From NCBI GenBank assembly GCA_004431415.1, contig QPMI01000311.1, forward strand, positions 1-31,330: a stretch of DNA of 31,330 bases, given 5' to 3'. The notes below the pieces were generated by a model. That model worked only from the letters and a program-made list of their open reading frames with translations, had not been told where the DNA came from and did no database searches. A program made the position numbers and the translations under genes. Origin of the DNA: Cyanophora paradoxa CCMP329. Its lineage: Eukaryota; Plantae; Glaucophyta. Shown in pieces: positions 1-10,677 of this stretch. Each line of letters begins with the position of its first letter. Within the stretch, counting starts at the first letter, position 1.

Positions 1-3000
1 TAGTAAGCAGGCCATGGTCTCTGAGCTGTGGACCGTGTTTCTTGAGTGTGTGGCTTGAAAGGTGCATGGTAATGACGTAGTTTCTGCTTAGATTCTTGAC
101 TCGCTCATGTGTCCATTTAGGAGTGAGGATCTGGAGTTCACCGCTTGGGGCCAGGTGATATGTCCCATCGTTTCTGCTGTCGAAGAAGAGGTTGGACTCA
201 ATCATTTCGCGCGCAATCCCGAGGATCAGGTTTTCGTTGGCCTGTCGTTCGGAGATGCGCAGTTGTGGGTAGCAGCTCGGCAACAGCAGTAAGCCCAGCT
301 CATATTGCATTGCTTTTACCCGGTGCTGATATACTTTGCTGACCAGGGTATGGGCCACATGGTTGAGTCTCGTCTTCTCGTCCAGAAGGTGCATTTTGAG
401 CTGGTAGTATTGTATTGGGTGTAAACCGTAAATGTCAGGCGTGTGGAGTACTGCTGACGGGAACCCTCGGTGAAGACTTGCTTTTTCTTTGAGTAACCCT
501 CGAAATATACGATCGATTTGATTCCGTTTCGTCTCAGACAAAGTGAGCACTTTGAGTCCGTATGTTATCCGTGGCATTATCACTACGTGGGTGAGGAAGA
601 TAATTTCTGTGTCTGTCAGGCGTTTTGGTCGGAGGATAGCTGCTGCCATCTTGGCCTTCTCGAGCATGTTCTGGAATTGGTGCGTCCAGTTCAGTGTCAT
701 CGTGAACCAAACCCCAAGGAATTTAAATGTTTCGTTAGGCTGGTGGATTTTAGGAACCGGAACCAGTCCTGCTCTCGTATAGATTTCTAGTTTTGTCAGG
801 GGTTTAGCTTTGCTGATTCGGGGTCGCCAATATGTTGCTACTGTTTTTGGCGCGCTGAGCTCTATGTCGTGTACGGTATAGAATGCTGACATTAGTTTGA
901 CCATTTGCTGGAGTCCTTCTATTGACCCGCTAAGCAGGACGTCGTCGTCGGCGAAGGCCACATCATCCACCCAAACTGGATCTGGGGCCCATTCCTGGGG
1001 TAGTCCTTTCTTCTGAGGAGCCGGTCCAAACTGGTAGCTCCAGCCATTTTGCTTTGCAAGTTTAGATATGATTCGCTCTTTCTGATCTACAAAAATCCGC
1101 CAGAAGAGTGGGCTTTGGTTTGCTCCTTGCGCCATTCCACATTGGATCTCAAATAGGTCTGACAGCCCCAATCCCTTATTGCACGTCCCATTCTCTTCTC
1201 ATCCCATCTTCTGAAGAGGGCAATGATTTTCTCTGGGATCTTCTTTTGCCGGAGGGGTTTTTCGAGGGATGACCACATGACGCTACAGTATGCCTTTTTG
1301 ACGTCAACGCCCGCTTTATAGATTGGCTTATTAAACTTTTGTGCGTCTTCAATAGCTGCTCTCAAGATGTATAAGGGTTCCTCTGTGCCTACCCCTGGAG
1401 TGAATCCAAAGTTCGACTCGCTCAGGATTTTGTTATCCTGCATGATTATGGTGAGCCGTTCTGTGTAAATACTTGCCACTATTTTCAGCAGTGTGTCTTG
1501 AAGGGCGATGGGGCGCAGATTCTCTAATGTACCGTCGTGTGTGCCTGTCTTCGGAAGGGGACATATGAGTGCTTCTGCCATTGGGGCTGGCATATCATCC
1601 AGGTCCATGAGTTCCCAGATGATTGCTTTGATCAGCATCCGTAGTGACGCTGTAAATTCTTTTTCTACAATCGCGTCGGCAGTTCCTATGTGCTTCAGCT
1701 TGTCTTCTGCCTGTGCCTTTTCTCCCGGACCGTACTTCAGTGGGAGGTACAGGAATTTGATCATTGCATTGCTTAATTGTGATGGTCCTGCTGCTCCGTT
1801 TTGGAGTCCGCATATTATTCTTTCTAATTCCTTGTCGTCCGGTAGGTTTGTTGCGTTTGCATACGCCTGGTGTTTGATGTCATCTCTTTTGGCATGCATC
1901 GCGATCAGGGCTTCCGTCAACTCTTGGCCGAAAAGTTTCAGCCATTCTGTTTTATCTTCTATAGGTGCACGTGGCGCCCACCAATTCTTCCAGTGATTGG
2001 CCATGACAGACGTCACTGTGTTTGAGTCGTTACTGTGCTGTAGTTGGCCCTTCTCGTCTTTCCACACTACATGCATCAGCGGTGTGCGTGATCGTTTTTC
2101 CATCACTCCCGCTATGTATGACCCCATTTGTTTGTGGTTCTCCAGCTTGGTCCGTCTTTTGTGTATTAGGGCCTGCATCTTCAGTCTGTGGTGACTGTTC
2201 TTCGCTCTGGAGATCTTGGAATCCATCGTTTCCAGCCAGCTCTTCCAAGTTTCGCAGAAAGCCTCCCACAGTTCGTCTTTCTTGTATTCTGGTGGCGGCT
2301 CCAGTTTGGACGGCTCGTAGTTTGGGATGTCGTGCTGGATGTTATCTTTATCCTCGTCTATCTCCTGGTTGTGCTGCTTGATGTGTGCTCACAGACGTCC
2401 TACTTCTTCCAATTTGCTGGGGGCGTCTCGTGGTGCCTGCACCCATGCCTTGAGGAGGGTGCGCCCCTGTCGAACCAGGGCTACGTCTGGGGTTGTGCTT
2501 GGATTCTTCATTTTCTGGACGGTTCTATCTCTAAATATCTCCGCTTTAGCAAACTCTGGTTTCCGTGCTGCAGTTTGCATGGTGGGAACTATGGCTGTTA
2601 CGATTGTGTGCAGCCTTGTCAGCCGTTCATCCTTAGGGCGGCGTGGTTCCTGTGTTGGATGACTTCATTCGTTTATAATTTCCTCGACCTAGCGGCCTAT
2701 AGTTCTGTCCAGTTCTTCCATTACTTTCACCTTGTACTTGGTGCGAACTTCGATGTCCTGTTCTTCAACTGTAAACCGTGGAGGTCCTGGAACCGGTGCG
2801 TTCGGTTTATTCGATCCTTTGATTTCCATCTCCATCGCCTTGAATTTGAAGTCGGCGCAGACCGGGAGGTGATCGGAGTGGCCAGGTTGGTGTGCTGCTA
2901 TCGCAATGGCCCGGGCTCCTTTCGTTGCTGGTCGGACGTCGGCTGTTACCACCATCGTGTCAAGTCTTGCGGCGTGGAGGGCTGCTCCTTTGCCCGCCCA

Positions 3001-3915
3001 GAATGTGACCTCCCCGGGCTGTCCGATGTCCGTCAGTCCCCATTCATTTTGCATTGTTGTCCAAAATGTTCTGTCTGGCCCTGATTTGTTGCTCCAGGTC
3101 CCGTTTGTGATTCGATCCTGCTGGGGGTTCGCCACACTGTTAAAGTCTCCAACTAGTATATTCGAGCATTTAACTGGGCTGGCGTATGCTGTTGCTCTGA
3201 TTGTGGTACGGATGTATTCTATAAGGTCCTCCTGTTCTTTCTTGTGACCCGTGTCTCGCCATTCAGTTGCTGGCATATATAAGGAGGCAATGATGATCTT
3301 TTTAGCCGCGAAGTTCAGTTCCACCCCTATTAGCCTTCCCGGCCAGGTGAACCGTTTTCCTATGTGGATCTTGAGTCGTTCGCTCAACCATAGGCCGGTC
3401 CCCGACCCACGCGGGTCTTTCTTCCTGCCCGAGTGCAAGAAGACTCCGTCCTTTGAGTATTGTGTTTGCCAGATTTTCCCTTTTGTTTCAGAGGCGTTGG
3501 TTTCCTGAAGGGCTAATATGTCATAGGACCACTCTCGTGCTGTAGTCAGGGCCATAGACAGTTTGTCTTCATTGAGTGTCTGGCAATTCCAGGATGTGAT
3601 CCTAACCATGTCGTCTGGCTTCTGCTTGTGTATTTGGATGGGGGCCTGACCAAAGTGTGTGTCTCTGTGGTCTAGTGCTCCCTCCAAGCTCTCTTGGATA
3701 ATTCTCTCACTCTCAAGGGCTGAGGTTGTGGGAAGTTGCCCGATGCAGCCTATGAGCACTATCATCAGGACGAAGTTTGTGAGCGCTCGCTTTCTTGACT
3801 GAGCAGTGGCTATCCGGGAGATTCCTTCGATAAGTAGCAGTGGTCCGAGAAGGTAGGGGCAGGACACTATAATGGGAATGATTGCCTCTTGCAGATGTGC
3901 GATCACGGCATGCAA
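1..3915 (-). pseudogene. LINE ORF2-like APE-RT polyprotein, disrupted
   Basis: APE motifs: ITSWNCQTL, DILALQET, SLYMP, LVGDFNSV, ARLD, SDHLPV. RT motifs: LRPIALQDTLLKI, NFGFTPG, DVKKAY. After a frameshift near 1175 the reading continues GMAQGANQSPLFW, AFADD (~944-958), FKFLGVWF and PRITYG, and is open to base 1. ORFs 2689-3915, 2389-2580 and 1087-2226 share one frame, broken by stops at 2689, 2665 and 2389. Confidence 0.9.
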
Positions 3916-4966
3916 TACCTTTGCAGCTTGTTGTTTTTTGTTTTGTTACTGGACTACTCGTGATTCTTGGTCTGTTCTGCTCAGTATCCTGCGGCAGCGA
4001 AATCGTCCCGCACTTGGTTGGAGGACGGCACATGGGTCTGGGAGTTGGGGCCAAGGCCCCCACGCCCCCGTGGGTTTCCGCGGTCGCGGCCACCCCGCCC
4101 TCCCCGTCCGCCCCGTCCGCCCTGTCCATTCTGTCCCGGTCCGTTGCCAGGCCGATCCTGTGGTGAGCATGCGGGGGAATGTCAATGTTTTGCCCAGGTT
4201 CTGCCTTGGTTCCTTGGGTCTGGTGCACTGGTTTGTGTGGGCACTTGTCTGCCTTCAAGCTCCTCGCAGATATCAGATGTCTGGCTGAAGCATGTTTTAC
4301 AGAAGGGTGCCCAATTGAATCGTCCATTCCAGTTGGGGATGTGAATGGCGTAAATGTGGGCTTCGGAGACCCCTGTGACTGTGTGAGCTGGCGTACATCA
4401 TGTTTAGGAGGGACGTGCCGTCTTCCATCTCGTACATTGTTGCCACTACTTGGCCTGCATCCACCGCTTGCTTCCGCTGGGCCAGCGCCATCAGCTCTGA
4501 GAGGGCTCGGGACTGCGGCAGGGACATGCACCCCAGTTGAAACCGCAGTCTGGAGTCGATGGGGAGCCGATGCATCTGTGACTCTGTTGAGTTTTCTCTG
4601 GTTACATTCTGTATGAAGACTCACCGCTCGAATCCTTCTGGCCAACATGTCATTTGCCTCTTGCTTCTCATGGTCCTCATCTCCAATCTACAATCTGACA
4701 GTAATGTATGTTGGCATTTCTTCGTGGTCAGCTGTGTATTCGGTCGGCGTGACCAAGTCCATTGTGGTCTTGGCGTAGGAAGTCGGGACTATGTCAAAAT
4801 CAACGACAGGGTCTCTGTTTGTGGTCATAGTGACATAGTTTGAGACTCTGTTGCCTGCGAAAGTTTCGGCAGGGACTCCCTCCTTTGCCCCAACAAGTGC
4901 TTGTCCGATTGCTCATGCTGTAGTAAAATGGAAAACGGTACACATCCGTTGGACTGTCTCCTTGGG
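3713..4966 (-). pseudogene. Upstream LINE reading frame (ORF1 C-terminus or ORF2 N-terminal linker), disrupted
   Basis: ORF 3713-4648 extends upstream through in-frame stops at 4688-4690 and 4913-4915 with protein-like composition. No domain was recognised. Confidence 0.45.
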
Positions 4967-5210
4967 AGTTCAAACTGACCAGGGCTAAGAGGGAGTGAAC
5001 CAGGGAAACATTTAAGTCCCCAACCACTGGGGCTGCTCCTACAGACCACTGGAAGGGCAGAGCCTCGTACAGGGCCTCTGCTGGGCAGGGTGCACCTGCC
5101 TGGGGAACATGCACAAGGCTAGCGCCTTGTTCATGTTCCCCCTGGAATGTTTTTGTGTGCACCTGACCTCGCTTTTGTGGGCCCGATAAAAATTCGAACT
5201 GACCAGGGCT

Positions 5211-5528
5211 AACTTCAAATCTCTCTGGAGGAATATGCAGAAGGCGCTAGCCTTAGGCAGATTACCCACCCACCAGCAAGTCACTCAGTCCAACTCCCCA
5301 GGTTTCTGATCTGCCACGAAATAGAAGAAAGATGCACTTCAAATCTCTCTGGGGGAATATGCACAAGGCGCTAGCCTTAGGAAGATGACCCACCCACCAG
5401 CAAGTCACTCAGTCAAAGGCCCCAGGTTTCCGATCTGCCACAAAATAGAAGAAAGATGCACTTCAAATCTCTCTGGGGGAATATGCACAAGGCGCTAGCG
5501 TTAGGCAGATGACCCTCCCAAAAGCAAG
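5211..5528 (-). repeat. Satellite A, ~2.5 monomers in reverse orientation
   Basis: Reverse complement of the 124-bp monomer (CAAATCTCTCTGGGGGAATATGCACAAGGCGCTAGCCTTAGG). Confidence 0.9.
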
Positions 5529-6064
5529 ACAGAGGGAGTGAACCAGGGAAACATTCAAGTCCCCAAACACTGAAGGCGCTCCTACTTGGAAGGGCAGAGC
5601 CTCGTAAAGGGCCTCTGCTGGGCAGGGTGCACCTGCCAAAGGCTAGCGCCTTGTGCATGTTTCCCCTAGAAAGGTTTTCTGTGCACCTGACCTCACTTTT
5701 GTGGGCCCAACGGGAATTCAAACTGATCAGGGCTAAGAGGGAGTGAACCCAGGAAACATTCAAGTCCCCAAACACTCGGCAGGGATCCCACTTGGATGGG
5801 CAGAGCCTCTTACAGGGCCTCTGCTGTGCAGGGTGCACCTGCCTAAGGCTAGCACCTTGTCCATGTTCCCCTGGAAATTTCTTGTGTGCACCTGACCTTG
5901 CTGTTGTGGGCCCAACGGGAATTCAAACTGACCAGGGCTAAGAAGGAGTGAACCCAGGAAACATTCAAGTCCCCAAACACTCGGCAGGGATCCCACTTGG
6001 ATGGGCAGAGCCTCTTACAGGGCCTCTGCTGTGCAGGGTGCACCTGCCTAAGGCTAGGGCCTTG

Positions 6065-6276
6065 TGATGTGGAGTGTAGCTGGTCCGGGTTCACAATCAC
6101 AATCAAAAAAAAAATTTCGGATGATGTGGAGTGTAGCTGGTCCGGGTTCTGTGTCGTAGTTTGCCCCCTAGATCGCCCCTCTTTCTCTTTCGGCGTAGGA
6201 TATTTGTATCCCCTTCTGGTGCCCCTGTACCCCAGTCTTGGTGTGTCCAATAATAAAGTGTTCACAATCCTTATCA
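6065..6276 (+). mobile_element. 212-bp mini LTR element: 41-bp deleted LTR, 16-bp internal segment, 155-bp LTR, 4-bp TSD CTTG
   Basis: TGAT...ATCA termini, with CTTG at 6061-6064 and 6277-6280 reconstituting the repeat core. The 6122-6276 LTR closely matches the LTR after pol at 21518 and contains AATAAA (~6252). Confidence 0.85.
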
Positions 6277-6562
6277 CTTGTGCATGTTCCCCCTGGAAAG
6301 GTTTTGTGTGCACCTGACCTTGCTTTTGTGGCCAGACGGGAATTCAAACTGACCAGGGCGAAGAGGGAGTGAACCCAGGAAACATTCAAGTCCCCAAACA
6401 CTGGGGGGGCTCCCACTTGGAAGGGCAGAGCCTCGTACAGGGCCTCTGCTAGGCAGGGTGCACCTGCCTAAGGCTACCTTTTGTATGTGATTATGACCTA
6501 TGCGCATCGTTGGTACACCGCACAGCTGCTCTGCGCGCACGCACGTGCTGGACTTCTGGCAT

Positions 6563-6577
6563 GGAATGTTCTAGAAC
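6563..6577. promoter_or_regulatory. Perfect three-unit heat-shock element (gGAAtgTTCtaGAAc), with TATATAAG at 6623-6630
   Basis: Exact match to the nGAAnnTTCnnGAAn consensus about 45 bp upstream of a TATA-like box. Function is untested. Confidence 0.5.
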
Positions 6578-6681
6578 TTCGCTGAACCTCGCGTTCTGCG
6601 GTCATTCCGTGTGCTACTGAGCTATATAAGACTCTTGCGCATGGTTTCTCGCCGCCTGAGTGCGTTCTGACGGTTTTCTGT

Positions 6682-6696
6682 GGAACCTTCCAGAAC
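6682..6696. promoter_or_regulatory. Second perfect three-unit heat-shock element (gGAAccTTCcaGAAc)
   Basis: Exact match to the HSE consensus. Function is untested. Confidence 0.45.
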
Positions 6697-6821
6697 ACCC
6701 CTTCCTGTCATGAAGTCTAGCTCTCGTCATCTAGACTCTTTCCTGCTGCTTCAGTAGTACTGCTCTCTTCTTTTTCAATCTGGCAAGTGCTACAAGGAGC
6801 CTGACCGCACTGCTGGACTTT

Positions 6822-7178
6822 GTGCTCGACCATCTGCTGACAGAAGTCCTTGGTGACCTCGCAGCAGAATCCCTGTCTGAACCCCTAGACGACGTGATTG
6901 TGGACGTTGATAACCAAGACGACATTAACCAGGAAGACGACATGGCACAGCCTAATGTGGACGTGCTCAAGCCCTTCCTCAAAACCGCTACTTTCCCTGC
7001 TTTCTCTGCCTCTTCTCCTACTGATTGGCTGGAGAGTGTGCAAGCACTCCTCCAGGTCGTTCAGATTATTCCCTCAGATGGAACTGACGACCGCCCTGTG
7101 AATACATGGCCCAATCAAATGCAACTCGACCACAATTATGCTTGGAAGCAAGTTCTTATCAAGCTTGGATCCTGTTTT
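6822..7178 (+). pseudogene. gag: Gag-like N-terminal fragment (family W), broken at about GSCF
   Basis: DINQEDDMAQPNVDVLKPFLK...YAWKQVLIKLGSCF aligns with DIDQEDIMAAQPRVDVIKPLLR...YAWPHVQLKLQSVF of the LTR-linked ORF at 7179-8431. Confidence 0.7.
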
Positions 7179-8431
7179 GTGGTCGCCGGGCGGGGCTGCG
7201 AACCGCCCCGGCCCTTAGGGTCAGCCGACGACCCACGGCGCTCAGCAGAGCGACCGCGATAACCACCAGAAGAATTTCCAAAATTGCGAGAATCATTTCC
7301 AGAATTAACAAATTTATCATTCGAACGATTGCGATCAAAATTATAAGATCCACGAGGCTGGTCACGCCAGCTATCGCCACGAGGGCGATACTGCAACTGG
7401 CGAGACAATTGGTCCATGCGATCCAAAATAATAGAAGACGTGCGACGAGAGTCATCGCGCAACTCATCAAATTGCTGGCGAGCCTCGTGCCGAATCTCGC
7501 TCAATTGGCGGCGAGTTTCGTCACGAAGTGAATCAAGCTTATCATCCACCTTCAAAGAAAACTGTTTAAGCTTCGATTCGACCCGCTCATCAATCAAAGA
7601 CTCAATACGCTCCGAAGTGAGAGCGTTCAATCCAGAAACATTTTTCGGCGATCCAAAAGGAAGAGACCCAATTCCAAAAGGAGAAACCGAAGAAAAAGAG
7701 GAAGTGCGATCCGTCCAGAGACTGCGCAGCCGACGCAAAAAGCGAAGTTTGTTGTCGTCCAATTCAGGCGGCAGCTCACCCAACTTCAGATCATCACTCC
7801 AAATTTGTTTCACCACAACTTTCTCGAGAATGCCAGCTTCCTCCGCTCGCTTCATCTTCTCCACAGCAAAGTCCTCAAAATTGACTTGAGTACCAGCCTG
7901 GAGACAAGCACTCTGGTATGTGTAGGACCAGAAATTGCGAGCAGAATCCGTCTGGACATCCGAATGCATAAAGTGATCCTCGAACTTCTTAAGAAAAGTC
8001 GTCCAATTGTCACATTCAAGGACCACTCGAGAAAAGTCGTGGGCCCCAGCTGCCTCGTTGAAGACAGACTGGAGTTTCAACTGCACATGTGGCCAAGCAT
8101 AGTCAAAATCAACCTTTGCCTGAGCCGTCCATGTGGAGTAGGGAGTGGTGTCCGCAGTGGGAAGGACATAGATCGCCTTCAACACGTCACAAACGTTTTT
8201 GAGGAATCTAGAAGGAGCAGAATACTCGAATTTGGGCAGATTGAGGTTGCGCAGGAGCGGCTTAATCACGTCCACCCTTGGCTGGGCAGCCATGATGTCC
8301 TCCTGGTCAATGTCCACAGAGATGTTGTCCTCGTCGGCCAGCCTTCCTGCCTGTGCGGAGAGCAGGATAGCTTTATTAATACAGTCGTTAACTAAGGACC
8401 TAGCGAAGGGTCCTAGCCTACGACGGTACAC
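7179..8431 (-). CDS. gag: Gag-like protein, 3'-truncated (first in-frame ATG at MAAQP)
   Basis: First ORF after a 5' LTR. It has a W..F...F..HF capsid-like motif, a coiled-coil region and an RG-rich tail. The last ~14 codons of the ORF-track call (7136) are read-through into the opposite-strand W fragment. Confidence 0.65.
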
Positions 8432-9059
8432 TGCTCGAATAGTGTTGCTTGACGAGGCCAGTGTTCAAGAAAACATTTCAGATCGTTCCAAAAGAAAGAA
8501 AGAGAGATTAAGAGAGATTCCAAAAGGAGAGAAAAGCGACAAATCCGGAAACTCGCGGGATTCCACGGAAAACGGAGGTATCACAAGCAAACGACCTCGG
8601 CCAGCCGGCCAAGAGCGCACACAGCTTCGAAAATGAGATCCATGAGTGAATCGCGATGCAACAAGCTTATGTTCTCCGCAAAATGGCGGAATCGACAATG
8701 AAAGGTCGCAGTGCGCAAATCGCTGCAGAACGCACTGTAAGCGTATACGCAATCAGAAGAACGATGCGCAGACACTGTGAGACCGCTGTGTCGAACACTT
8801 TGCGTCGAACATTCCACCGCTGCCACGAAATACAATGGCTTCCGGCAGCAGCCCCGATGATAAGAAGCTGCTAAAGTCTATACGATGGGTTCTAAGCCAC
8901 TTCCGCACACGGCGCAGTGCCGTGCCGGGACGCACGTGCACACACGCGTAATATCCGCGTATGATTGAATGACATACCCCTACACGAGGGACGGGGTATC
9001 ACTAGCGTACATGGTACATTCGCTATGGCGAAAGGGGAAGGGAACTACGCTTCGCAACA
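7179..9059 (-). mobile_element. 5' half of Ty3/Gypsy element (family Z): 5' LTR 8858-9059, leader, truncated gag
   Basis: The LTR (TGTTGCGAAGCGTAG...TTATCA) is homologous along its length to the LTR after the pol remnant at 14565-14759, and a long ORF follows it. Confidence 0.8.
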
Positions 9060-10640
9060 GGGCCGTTAGACAGAGCAGATGACCCACCCACCAGCAAGCC
9101 ACTCAGTCAAAGGCCCCAGGTTTCTGATCTGCCAGAAAATAGAAGAAAGATGCACCAAAAATCTCTCTGGGGGAACATGCACAAGGCGCTAGCCTCAGGC
9201 AGATGACCCACCCACCACAAAGTCACTCAGTTGAACGCCCCAGGTTTCCGATCTGTGAAATCCTTTGATTTTTTCACAGATCCTGAACCTGGGGCCTTCG
9301 ACTGAGTGACTTGCTGGTGGGTGGGTCATCTGCCTAAGGCTAGCGCCTTGTGCATATTCCCCCAGAGAGATTTGAAGAGCATCCTTTTTCTATTTTCTGG
9401 CACATCGGCCCCAGGTTTTTGATGTGCCAGAAAATAGAAAAAGGATGCACTTCAAATCTCTCTGGGGGAATATGCACAAGGCGCTAGCCTTAGGCAGATG
9501 ACCCACCCACCAGCAAGTCACTCAGTCGAAGGCCCCAGGTTTCCGATCTGTGAAAAAATCAAAGAAAGATGCACCCCAAATCTCTCTGGGGGAATATGCA
9601 CAAGGCGCTAGCCTTAGGCAGATGACCCACCCACCAGCAAGTCACTCAGTCGAAGGCCCCAGGTTTCCGATGTGCCAGAAAATAGAAAAAGGATGCACTT
9701 CAAATCTCTCTGGGGGAATATGCACAAGGCGCTAGCCTTAGGCAGATGACCCATCCACCAGCAAGTCACTCAGTCAAAGGCCCCAGGTTTCCGATCTGCC
9801 ACAAAATAGAAGAAGGATGCACTTCAAATCTCTCTGGGGGAATATGCACAAGGCGCTAGCCTTAGGCAGATGACCCACCCACCAGCAAGTCACTCAGTCG
9901 AAGGCCCAGGTGATTTTTTCACAGATCGGAAACCTGGGGCCTTTGACTGAGTGACTTGCTGGTGGGTGGGTCATTTGCCTAAGGCTAGAGCCTTGTGCAT
10001 ATTCCCCCAGAGAGATTTGGGGTGCATCCTTTTTCTATTTTCTGGCACATCGGAAACCTGGGGCCTTCGACTGAGTGACTTGCTGGTGGTGACTTGCTGG
10101 TGAGTGGGTTCATGTTCCTAAGGCTAGCACCTTGTGCATTTTCCCCCAGAGAGATTTGGGGTGCATCTTTCTTCTTTTTTGTAGCGGATCTGTAACCTGG
10201 GCCCTTCGAATGAGTGACTTGCTGGTGGGTGGGTTCATCTGCCTAAGGCTAGCACCATGTGCATTTTCCCCCCAGAGAGATTTGGGGTGCATCTTTCATC
10301 TATGTTGTGGCAGATCGGAAACCTGGGGCCTTTGACTGAGTGGCTTGCTGGTGGCTGGGTCATCTGCCTTAGGCTAGCGCCTTGTGCATTTTCTCCCAGA
10401 GAGATTTGGGGTGCATCTTTCGTCTATTTTGTGGCACATCAGAAACCTGGGGCCTTTGACTGAGTGACTTGCTGGTAGGTGAGTTCATCTGCCTAAGGCT
10501 AGCGCCTTGTGCATTTTCCCCTGGAGAGATTTGGGGTGCATCTTTCGTCTATTTTGTGGCACATCAGAAACCTGGGGCCTTTTGACTGGGTGACTTGCTT
10601 TTGGGTAGGTCATGTGCCTAAGGCTAGCGCCTTGTGAATT
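9060..10640. repeat. Satellite A block with several orientation switches
   Basis: Reverse ~9076-9260, forward ~9263-9408, reverse ~9407-9910, forward ~9911-10640. Confidence 0.9.
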
Positions 10641-10677
10641 TTCCCCCCAGCTGAGGCCCTCTAAAAGGCTCTGCCAT

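Larger units (their letters stand above)
1..4966 (-). mobile_element. Decayed non-LTR (LINE) retrotransposon with APE endonuclease and RT; 5' end truncated by repeat B, 3' end runs off the window
   Basis: APE and RT motifs occur in the canonical order on the minus strand. Protein-like reading continues to ~4966, where repeat B (GGGAGTTCAAACTGACC) begins. Confidence 0.9.
4964..6476 (+). repeat. Repeat B (~205-bp tandem unit), interrupted by satellite A (5211-5528) and a mini-LTR element (6065-6276)
   Basis: CGGGAATTCAAACTGA occurs at 5711 and 5916 (period 205). Further partial units start near 4964, 5530 and 6277. Confidence 0.85.

Noticed and set aside
2188-3084. 298-aa plus-strand ORF and other antisense ORFs over the LINE, gag and pol
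   Set aside because: They are shadow ORFs opposite motif-bearing frames and have no recognisable motifs.
6453-6476. Helitron 3' end in repeat B (GGCAGGGTGCACCTGCC hairpin followed by CTAG in most units)
   Set aside because: The spacer is only 5 nt, CTAG is not followed by T, and there is no 5' TC boundary or A|T insertion evidence.
6477-6530. LTR end and PBS (TGGTACACCG) for family W
   Set aside because: No second copy defines an LTR, and there is no convincing tRNA match.
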